DNA of 64,000 nucleotides from a virus (Duplodnaviria; Caudoviricetes): IMG/VR virus record IMGVR_UViG_3300032301_000632, positions 1 to 64,000 of that record; one strand, 5' to 3'. Shown piece by piece: positions 29,301 to 41,300 of this stretch (position 1 is its first letter; each line of letters starts with the position of its first letter). The notes under the pieces were generated by a model. It saw only the letters and a program-made list of their open reading frames with translations, ran no database searches and was not told where the DNA came from. The position numbers and the translations under genes were made by a program.

Positions 29301-32300
29301 AACTATTGCTCCTGGTTTTGTATTAGATACTATAGTTACACCATCAGGACTTACTACTGCAAAAGGAGGTTGTGTTACTGTAGGTCTTCTTTTATTTAAA
29401 CGTCCTCTTCTATTTTGTTTTGTTGGGTCATATTTATTAACTACATGATAATCACTAGCTTGTTCACCACCAACGCGACTGTATACATTAGCCCGCCTAG
29501 TTCCTGTTGGTCTATTTGATAGCTTACTGTTATCACTACTGTATGTAAAGGGTTGAAATGCAAGAGTACTAGCAATCGAAGGTACTTTAAGATTATATGT
29601 ATCATGGGCGAAATTAGCCCCTAAATACGCACCAAATAAAAACGACTCAGGAGCATTAAAATCATCTTGACTAGTATAATAAGCTCCGGCCACTCCATAT
29701 CGAAGAACTTTTGATATGGTAGGGTTATTATTTTTTAACCATTGTTGTGCTGCTTTGGGGTCTCTAATAGTATCGTACAATAGTGCACCCCCAACGTAAC
29801 CACCTGCTAAAGCTAAATCTTCTTTATTAATTTCGCCTGTTGCTACACCTTTTCCAGCTAAATACAATAGTGGTAACCCACCTACTCTAGCTATTTTATT
29901 AAATACTCTATCTTCACCAACTGTTTTAGCAAACATTGAGTAGCTATCATGTGCTACGTTAGCACCTAAATATGCTCCCATTAATAGGCTCTCAGTTTTA
30001 TTCAGGTCACCTTTCTTATAAGCTGTATACAGACCAGCTGCCCCATATCTAGCTGCTCCAAATAAAACCTGTTTATTTCTATTTGACCATTCAGCGGCTA
30101 ATTTTAATCCTTTACCAGCTATATCACCTGTTACTTTTAAAACATTACTAACATTTTTAATAGCAGCTTTAGGGTCTCTAACAGCTTCGTAGCCTAATGA
30201 ACCAGCTAAATAACCTCCAGCAAAAGAGTAATCTTCTTTTGTTATTTCTCCTTTGCTTATTTCCTGATTTAATAAAAATATAGCTGGGAATAATAGGTGT
30301 CTAGTAGTCTGCCCAATAAGTTTATTAAAGTTTATTTTAGTTGCTGACAATTCATCAGGTATGAGGTCAGGGTTTATATACTTAGAATTATATTTTAGGT
30401 TTCCTACAGACTTAGTTATTTTCTTATTTTGATATCTAACTTCAGATTTGTATACGGATTCAGTACTTCTTGTTAATTTATTTTTAAATTGACGATGTTC
30501 TTTTACTTGAGGTTGATATTTTTGTATGGCTCCACCAGGCACATCACTAACTTGTTCTGTACTAGTAGCAAATTCTTTAGCCATGTTTTTATCCAAAATA
30601 TCTAAGGGTGTTGGGCTAACACTTCTTCGTCTAGACTTTAAGGGTATTATTGCTCCTCCAGGTTCTTGTGGAGATTTATAAAGAACAATAGACCCACCAC
30701 TAACATTAGTGGGTCTTACTCTAGGAGTACTAATATCTTCTGTTAAATTATAAGTTAGTTTATTTACATGTGTTGGCTCTATACTTTTTAGTCTAGACCT
30801 TGTTGGAACTATAGCCCCACCTTTCTCGTAAGGAACAATAGCACCTGGTCTAACAGTGGAGTCAAAGGTAGGATTAGGATTATACTTAACTATTGCTCCT
30901 GGTTTTGTATTAGATACTATAGTTACACCATCAGGACTTACTACTGCAAATGGTGAAGTAGGTCTTCTTTTATTTAAACGTCCTCTTCTATTAGCCGTTA
31001 CTGGTTTATTTGGGTCATACTCTTTAACCACATGTACGTCACTAGCCTGACTACCTCCAACATAGGAGTATACACTAGAGGGTTTAGACGCTACTCTACT
31101 ATTATCACTACTGTATGTAAAGGGTTGAAATGTAGCTATTTTTGGTCTAGGAGTACGAGAACTAGTAGCACGAGTAGGTCTAACTCGTCTAGTAAAATCC
31201 GTATCATAAGCTATGTTAGCCCCTAAGTAAGCCCCATATAAAAATGACTCTTTAGTATCTTTGTCTTCATCAAACAAAGAGTATGCAGCTGCTGCGCCAT
31301 ATCTTAATAATCTAGAAGATAAATTTACATGCTTTTTAATCCATCCAACAGTAGCTTTATGGTCTCGAACAGTATCATATAGTAGCGCCCCACCAACATA
31401 ACCTCCTGCTAGAGCTGCATCTTCTCTACTAATTTCACCTGTCATGATTCCTTTTCCAGCTAAATAGAGTACAGGTAATGCACCCAACCTAGCTACTTTC
31501 ATAAATACTTTATTCTCACTAGCTGCTTTAGCAAACATAGAATAACTATCGTGTGCTACGTTAGCACCAACATAAGCACCAGCTACTAAACTCTCTGTTT
31601 TATTTAAATCACCTTTTTTATGAGCTGCATACAGACCAACTGCTCCATATCTAGCTGCCATAGCTAATGATGTTTTATGTTGTATAGACCAAGTAAATCC
31701 TGCTTTTAATCCTTTAGCAGTTAAATCACCGGCTACTTTTAACACACTCATTGTAGCTTTTAAAGCTGCTTTAGGATGTTTATAAAATTCATAACCTAAA
31801 GAGCCAGCAAGCATACCCCCTGCAAGTGCATAATCTTCTTTGGTTATTTCTCCTTTAATTAATTGTTGACTTAATAAAATTAAAGCAGGAGACAATAAAT
31901 GTCTAGCTAATTGCCCAACTTTTAAATTAAATCTTTTAGGAGTAGATGCAACCTCAGATTCAGTAACTAACTGAACTTGTCTAGTTTTTGGTATATCAAC
32001 ATCATCTAGTATTAACTCAGCATTCATTTGTACAGTTTTATACTGTCTTTTAACTTGTGGCTGAAACTTCTGTATTGCTCCACCAGTTGTAGAAGATGGA
32101 CTGCTAATATTAACAGTTGTAGGTTTAGTAGATGATACTCTATATCTACTAGACATTTCTGTATCTAAACTATCTAATGAAGTTGGACTAACACTTCTTC
32201 GTCTAGACTTTAGAGGTATAATAGCAGACCCAGCATCTTTATTTACTGGATATGCAATATGTCTAAATTTAACATTTGGGTCATATTTAACAATAGCGCC

Positions 32301-35300
32301 TGGTCTAGCATTAGGTTGGAACGTTGGATTAGGGTCATACTTTACAATAGCTCCTGGTTTTGTTTGAGAAACTATCGTTACCCCATTAGGATTTACTACA
32401 GCAAAAGGAGTTTGTGCTACTGGAGGTCTTCTTTTATTTAAACGACCTCTTCTATTTTGTTTTGTAGAGTCATATTTTTTTACTACGTGAACATCACTAG
32501 CCTGTTCACCCCCAACATAACTGTATACTTTACTAGTACGAGTAGCTGTAGGAGTAGCTGTAGGAGTAAACGTCTCTTCTATATTGTTATATCTCTGTCT
32601 AGTAAAATCTGTATCATAAGCAATGTTAGCTCCTAAATAAGCACCATATAAGAATGACTCTCTACTATCCTGGTCTTTATTAAACAAAGAGTATGCAGCT
32701 GCTGCACCATATCTTAATGCTCTAGAAGATAAATTTACATGCTTTTTAACCCAACCTACAGCTGCTTTTGGGTCTCTAGCAACATCATATAATAGTGCTC
32801 CTCCTACATATCCACTTGCTAACAGTAAGTCTTGTTTATTAATCTCACCTGTCATAATACCTTTACCTACTAAGTATAAAACAGGCAATCCACCTACTCT
32901 AGCTATTTTAGTAAATACTTTATCCTCACCAGCTGTTTTAGCAAACATAGAATAGCTGTCATGTGCTACGTTAGCTCCTATATAAGCACCAGTTAATAAA
33001 CTTTCAGTTTTATTTAAATCACCTTTTTTATGAGCTGCATACAAACCAGCTGCCCCATATCTTGCAGCCATAAATATAGATTGTCTATGTTGTACAGCTT
33101 TTTCAATAGACCAATTAGCTAATGATTTACTAAGCTTACCAACTGATTTACTAAACTTACCTAATGATTTACTAGTTGCTAAAGGGTTTCTAACTACATC
33201 ATGCAAAATAGATCCAGCTAACATACCACCAGCAAAATTATAATCTTCTTTAGTTATCTCCCCTTTAGCTAATTGTTGAGCGGCTAAAAAAGATACAGGC
33301 ATTATAAGATGTCTAATGTTACGTTTTAGAAAACCGCCTATAGAAGATAATATTTTAGGTCTAGCTTTTGTTACTCTCTGTTGGTTATATAGTACAATAG
33401 CTCCACCTGGTTCTTCCATTAGCTCTGCTCTCATACGAATAACCGGCTCATCAGGAATTAATTCAGCTTTCATAAATACATAGTTAGGGTCATAAGCACT
33501 ATGTTTAATAATTGCTCCACCTTTTATACGTGGTGCATTCATCCCTTCTACTTTAGAAACTTTAGTAGTATCTACTAGACCTTCAGAGACTTTATTACCA
33601 AGTATGTTTCTATGTACAGGGTCTACCTCTATTACAGGTTTAACTTTAACCGAACTAACTTCAGTCCCTTTAGCTAAATCATTACCTGCTGCTAATAATA
33701 GTTGAGGTTTAGCACTAGGTAATAACTTTCTAGGTTCAGCTCCTGTTAATAATAACTGAGGTCTAGGCTCAATATCTACTGTAGAAGCAACTGATTTTGC
33801 TTGAGTAGATAGAACAATTTCCCCACTTTTATAAGAAGGCATGGGTGTTTCAATACGAACAGCAGTAGAAGCACTAAGCTGTAATTGTGGTTTACTTCCT
33901 GGTGAATAAAATATCTCATTATTAACCACATTTACTGTTCTAGAAGGACTCTTAGAAACATGTACAATTTCAGTTTTAGGTTTAACTCTGTTTATCTCAA
34001 TAACAGGTAGTGTACCATACTGAATTCCAGGTTTAGCTACTTTATGTCTAGGATAAGTAATTAAAGCAAAGTTTGCTCCTATATAAGCTCCTAATAAAAA
34101 GGCTTCTTTACTTTCGAGTTCTTCGTTGTTAAGTTTTTTATGAGTATAATAACCTAATCCAGCAACATACCCAATTGCTGCTGTAGCAAGTAATATATTT
34201 TTAGAGTATCTTCTGCCAAACTCTACTGATTTTCTAACAATAGTTTTAGACTGGCTAATAATTGCTTTATGATTTTTAGATAAATCATATGCAGTAGCAC
34301 CTAATAAATATCCACCTGAGTTAGCTAAATCCTCTTTAGTTATTTTTCCTTCATTAACCAATCTATTAGTTAAGTACATTATAGGAAGTAGACTATACTT
34401 TAGAGTCATACTAACTCCATGTACCCCAATAGCTGGTTTAATACCAAAAGTCTTAAAGTTCTTTGTATGCGCTTTATATGAGTGTGATAAAAGAGCGTTA
34501 CTTAAGTTAGTGGTATCGTGAGCAACAACTGCTCCTATATAAGTAGATGCTAAAAAGTCTGTAGTAGCATTAGTTTTGTCAGGGTAATACATTTTTGCTG
34601 CTAAGTAAGCTGCAAATACACCACTTCTGGCAGCAGCCATAGTAGCTCCTTTTAACTCTCTTACCAGTTTACTTTTTAAGAAAGATACTATATTAGCTTT
34701 AGTAAATATTAATCCAGCTCTTTGTGCAACCATTCCAACTGCCTGACCAGCTGCTATGCCTGATGCTGCGTAGATATCTTCTTTAGTTATTTTACGATCT
34801 TCTTCATCTCTATTTAATAACTTAGTTGCTAAAAGTAAAAATGGCATAGCTAAATTAAAAATAAGATTTGCTCTTTGTATACCATCTCTAGCCTTTTTGA
34901 GCTGAGCTGGAGTATTTTGAGCATCATATTTTGCTACAGCGGTATTATACCTATTTCTTGCAGCTTTATAATTCCCGACTTCTATATCTTTTTCCCCCGG
35001 TAAATAAAATCTAGTATTAGCAGATAGATTTCTTTTAGCTGTATTTAATTCAGTGGTAAATATTTCTAAAGATACAGCTCGTAACCTAGCATCACCTTTC
35101 CAAGACCTTAAATTGTGAGCTATGTTGCTAGAATCAAAGCCTAAGTTAAGCCCTAGATAAGCTGAAGATACAAATGACTGCTGATCTTCTGACAATTTAG
35201 ATTGTGTAATATTCTCAATAATATTAGGAGCTATTGCATATCTTAGAAATCCTCCTATAGCTCTTCTATTAAACTTAGTTACTCTAGAACCAAACGTAGG

Positions 35301-38300
35301 GTGATTTTTAGTTATCATACGTTTAATAATAGGAACATTCAGAGCCATTAATGTTACAGCTGCATTTGCAGTAGTTTTTACTAAACCTGAAAGAACTGGC
35401 ATTTTCTCTCTAAGATATTTTTTACTTTCTTCTGATACAGGTAACATATCAATTACATTAGGGAGATTATTAATAACATAGTATGCCCCTAATAATGCCA
35501 TAGAGGTTAATCCTATTGCGGTAGCTCTTTTATGTTTGCTTATAAAATTAAGAGTAGGATTAACAATTCCTTTCTCTACAGTCTTAATAACTTTTGGACC
35601 AAGTTGTGCTATTCTCTCCCCTGCATATATAGCATACCCAGCAGCAAGTTCAGCAGCTTGTGCAACAACAGTAGCTGCTGTCATTGTTAAATCAATAGTT
35701 TTAAGTGGGGCATATAATAAACTAGTAACATAAGTTGCACCTAAAGCTTCAGTTGTATACATAACTTTCTCTTTAGTAGTTTCAGCATCTTTTAGTTTAA
35801 TTAAACTATCAACAGCTAGAGCTGCGGTTAACGTTCCCGCTCCATATCTTATGGCTCTACTATGTTGTTTAATTTTCTGTGCAATAGGACTTAAAATATG
35901 TTTAACAATTTTTCCAAAAACATATGCTGCTCCTTGACCTATTACTCTACCTGAAGCACCTACTATATCTTGTGATACCTTAGCAGCAACTTTATAATCT
36001 CTGTGCATTTTTAGATAGTATGACACAGGAGGCTGTAAGTTAGTAGGCGCATACCCATCTTGTATACGTTTTAAATCTTTCTGAGCTATCTTGTTAGCTA
36101 ACCCAAAATAGTATGTTCCTATCTCAGTAGGTAGTAGCCCCCATAGGTCAGTTTTTGTACCCGCAAATGTAGCCGATATACCTCCCACTAAAGACAAAGG
36201 TAAGTTTCCTGTTAAGAAAGTAATAGTAGAACCTAGAGTTGTTCCTGCAAATGAACCTAATTCAGTTGCCCTAGCAGCAGTCATTGTTCTTAAATATTCT
36301 TCAGAATCAAAAGTCCCTGAGTCATAATGAGTTATATATTTTTTTATTTCAGTATTTAAAGCAGCTGTTGAATAAATAGCTAACCCAACATCAAAAATAC
36401 TAAACGTAGTATCCAAATGAACAGGTAGTTTAGCAAAGTCATACCCTGTTACTGTGTTGACTGCTGTTGCAGCTTTATGTAGAACATTTCTAACAGGGTG
36501 ACCTACAGCTACATCTAGTTTATGTAAGACTTTGTGAAAAGCAAATCTTGCTACTTCTTTTGCCACAGGTAGAGCATGTTTACCTACTGCTTCAAAAACC
36601 TCTCCTAAAGACTCAACTCTTAAAGTCTTTACTACTTGATTTAGATTTAAAGTTAAGCCTTGACTATAGAGCTTGTATACTAATTTCTGTTGAGCAACTA
36701 GTAAATCTTTTTTACTCTGTGTTGACCTAACTAAAGTATTTACTACATCCTGTACATCGTCTATTGTCTGTCCAGGCTTTAAAGTACTTAAGATTTTATT
36801 ATACTCACGGCTAAACTCTACATCAGCCATGAACATATTATTACTAATCATCTTGCGATAGTAGTCAAATCTAGTTTTATCTAGTTTTACGTCTATACCT
36901 TTATTTAAAAATGATAGTCTTTTATTTATCCCAGTTATTTTATTATCTATAAACTTAGATGTCTTTGATATTTCTTGGTCTACACTATCTAAAGTTACCT
37001 GTTTTTGAGTGAATCCTAATTCTCTAGACAGTTTTGCACTAGCATCTAAATCATGCTCTTGTACAGCATTTTTTAAAGTTTCTAATTTTGCTAATTTTAT
37101 TTGTGCTTTTTCAACTGATTTGTATCTTAACTCTTTTATTTTTCTCTGTACTAATGAATCTTGTATTCTACTATTTTTTCCTAGTAGGTATCGCTGTCTA
37201 GTGATTACTTGTTGAGGTTTTTCTAGGTAAAATGATATATCAAACGGAGTATGGCTATCTATACCACTAGCAGGCCCGTGAATACCAAAATTATGTTTCG
37301 TATCAGTAATTGTGTTTAAAGTTTTTTTAATAGCAGACACATCTAAGTCATCAATATTGTCACTTATGTGCAATAATTGGGACATTTCTTTGTTAGCTCT
37401 AACTATTTCTCCATATCTTGATTTTATACCTCTTGCTGTTTTAATATCTCCACTAGCAATAAACTCATCATATTTAGACCTAAAATCTAATACCAGATGT
37501 GGTAAACTTTTCTTAGTTGTTTGGTCTATTTTAAAGTTGGGGTCAACAAATGTATCTATAGGAGCTAGTTTACTTGTATACGCAGCTGTAATTAGTTTTC
37601 TATCAGAGCTATTCAATGAGTTTCTAAGTACATACTCTCGGCTATATACATCTTTGCCTATAGTTCGAGTATTTAATTTAGAGAGTTTATTAACTTTTTT
37701 TATTTCACTTTTAGTTATACCTAAAAATGTTTCGTCATCTAATTTATAGTTATTATTCCACTCAGCAGCTCCATTTCTAATCCTGATTAGATCATAATCA
37801 GAAACTACTGCACCACTCTTGTTATACGTCTTTCCAGTTACAGAGTCCTGAGTATACTCTACTAAGTCAGGCTGTTTAGCAGCTGTTTTAGAATCTATAT
37901 TAAATCCATCATGCGTATAAAATCTAAGCTTTTTAACTGTAGCTTTTTCATTTCCTAAAACTTTTTCACTAAGAATCTGCTCATTGGGGTCAAATAAACC
38001 TAACATAATAGCTATATTATGCTTATCAGCAGATTCAAAACTTCTAACTAACTTTAGCTCGTTTGCACTCCTTACTGAGTCCACAGCAACTGTTGGTGAG
38101 GCAGTAACACTATTTAATAAAGTATGTACAACAAACCTTTCTTTGACTTGTGTATGAAAATCAACTAAAGTAATATCCCCTTTATAGTTTTGTAGCGTAT
38201 GCTTTAATCGCACCTGCATTTCATAAAAGTTTTCGAGTATTCCAGTAGCAGATTTTTTCTTATCAATTTCAGTAACGCCGTTGTTAAACATCATTGGATT

Positions 38301-41300
38301 AGGTTCACTTCTAATTACTAAAACTTCATCTAATGTATCTAAAAACTCTACGTTTGATTTATTGCTACTAATTGTAAATACGCCATACTTTACTGTATTT
38401 GCTGCGCCTTCTTTGTTTATACCATAATCTATATTTACAAAGTCTGGAGTTACACCAGTAGGTGTTTTATAATCATAGGGCATTTTTCCTACTCTAGATT
38501 CTGTCGTGTAATCACTTATGCCAGTATTAATTGTTACTCCATATGGGTCTGTAAACCAGTTATTTGTGCCTGGAGCTAGGTTACTAAAAGGATTATAATA
38601 ATTTATTTTAAATAAAAACCCTTTTCTAGTGGGTATTTCAGTAACACTTTTATAACCTGCAAAGCTATCTACAACATCTTTAGGTAAATTCCAAACAAAC
38701 TTTTTGTACACAGGTGCTGGTAAATCAGCAGTATTCCTATACACATCAACAATTGAAGAAACATTTTTAGGTAAATCTCTAACTCCCTTAGCAATAGATT
38801 TTACAGCACTGCTTACTTCTCTAGAGAAATCTGTAGACACTTTACCGTAAAAAGAAGTCCGTAATTTTATATTGTGTAATAGCTCATCTTTATTTTTAAT
38901 AATAGAAAATATAGAATCAGTATTAGAAGTATACAGTACATTTCTAATATTGACACCGTGTGCTGTAGCTGCTGTTGACTGTTTAACTAAATCATCATAT
39001 TTAGAAGCTTGCTGGTTTATAAAGTCAGAATCAATAGCTGCACCACCCATTTGCTGTGCTCTAATGTTTGCACTTAATTCTTCTTGGTATACAAGTGCTA
39101 ACTCTTCTACACTAGGTGCAGCACCATTAATTTTAGAAATATTCTCAGCATATGATACAGTGCTCGCTTGAGCTTGCTTCATTAATAGTTCTCTATTCTC
39201 AGTTATATCTGTTATAGGAAGTCTTTCTAAATCTCCACTAACTTGATAATGGTGTGAGTATTCATGATAAAAAGCAAACTTGGCTTGTTTAGCTTCAGGA
39301 GTATTCTCTAAAGATAAAGCAAGATAGTCTTCTTTAGACATTACAATTGTTTTAGTTTGCACATTATAATGTGTCGATACTCCAACTTCTCCCATGACTA
39401 TTTTAGGCTTCTGTGCTCCTTTAGGAACGTTCATCTGCTTGTCATAAGAATCCATTAAAGTATCAATTGTTACTTTCTGTGTTTTCATCTGTAGACGTTC
39501 TTGTCTAGCAGCTAACATCTCAGCTTCTTTCTGTATACCTTTAGCTTTACCTTTCTCCCATGCTTTCCTTAAACCTTGTAGTCTAGGTTTCATACTCTCA
39601 GGAATATGAGGACTAATCTTTTCTCCTAAATAACTTAAAGCTTTAGTACCAAAATGCTTAATAGCTAATCCAGCACCTATACCCAACCCAACATCGATTA
39701 CTAAAGGTATATAGAAATCCTGAATAATCATCATAGTGGTCATTCTGCCACCATGTTTTTCTAAATATTCTTTACGCTTTTTAGCTTTCTTTTTAGCGCT
39801 CTCTGCTCTAACAGTTGCTCCAAATATACTAGAGACAAAACCTCCTAAATTACCCATACCTATCAAACCCATTAGGTAACCACCTAATGAACCTCTAGCA
39901 GCTCCAGCTCTACTATAAGCAGCTTCAAATTCAGCTAAAGAAGAATGCTCATTTAATTGTTTAGCATCCTTAACAGAACCTTGAAATTGCATTATGTCTA
40001 GAATTGGAGAGATAAAGTTTATAGCAACATTTTTCCAACCTTGTTTGATTACCACCTTTCCAAACTTATCTAGAACTTTAGGTAGTGGTCCATTACTAAT
40101 CTGGGTAGATATCTTCTCTAACGTTTCTGAGAATAACTTTTTACTAGCAGTTTTAATAGAGGCTTTTAATCTACCAATTTGATTAGCAATTACCCCTGTT
40201 TTAATACCTACTTTCTCTAATAGCTTAGACGTATTACTAGTAACCAAACCTATTATACGCCCTGTTTGTCTAACTGCTTTATCTGCTGTCTCTCCTAAAA
40301 CTCTCTTAGCAACTTCTAAATTTTGTTTTAGATAGTTTATCCCTGAACCTACCATAGATTTTAAAGCTTGCAACTGTTGTACAACCCAAGCTAAAGGACT
40401 GTTACTATTAGGGGCTAATGCTAATAATTCTGTTATCTTACTCTTGGCAGCATTGTATACACTAGTTATTGCTTCTGGTAATTTGCTCATTGAAGATTTT
40501 ACTGTAGCAATGGGCTCTTTAATGAACGCTTTTGCACCAGCTACAGTTGCTGTAACTACTTCATCTGCTATTGCTTTAGCTTTTATGTATACCTCTCTAG
40601 TAGTTATATAGTTAAAAACTTCTATGACTTTATTCTTTACTGGCTCAATAAAAGGTCTAACATGCGGTCTAATAAGAGAGATTACATCATCAGCAAAAAT
40701 CTTTACATCATTAAAAACATTACCTACTTTAGTGGCTGCTTCTATTACTTTTCCTTTTACAGCAGTGTATCCTCTAGAGACTAATGTTCTAATAGATGGT
40801 AACCCAAAGTTATAACTAGCAGCGCTATAAGTACGATAAGCACCATCTGCTACTGTAGAGATTATTGCACTTTTATTAGCTAATCTAACTAAATTATTTT
40901 GATTTCTAATTTTATATTCTTCAAAACTTCCATATCTACTCTGTAACTCAGCAGATAAATTATCCCACTCTCGCTTTAACTTATAATTATCATACATTAC
41001 CATCAAGGATGTTACACCTAACACTCCTAGAGATGCCTTAGTAAAATTTGTATGGGTAAAAGCAAAAGCTTTACTAGATAGAACTTTACGTAACCCTTTC
41101 TTCAAAGTAATTCTCAAAGGCTGTAAAAGCTTCTTAGTTACTTCTGTAGATATACTAGATGCTCTAGTATAATTTCCATAAGTACGCAAATACGCACTAG
41201 ATGTTAAAACTAATGGGTCAACATATTCACCTTGAGATAATTTCTCTTGGTCTTTCTTAGCCATATGTCCAGCTAAACCAAATACGTCAGGAGATAGTAT

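Noticed and set aside
27440..34860. Repeats as a CRISPR array or a DGR template/variable pair
   Set aside because: They are long in-frame coding repeats without unique spacers or adenine-specific divergence, and no reverse transcriptase is present
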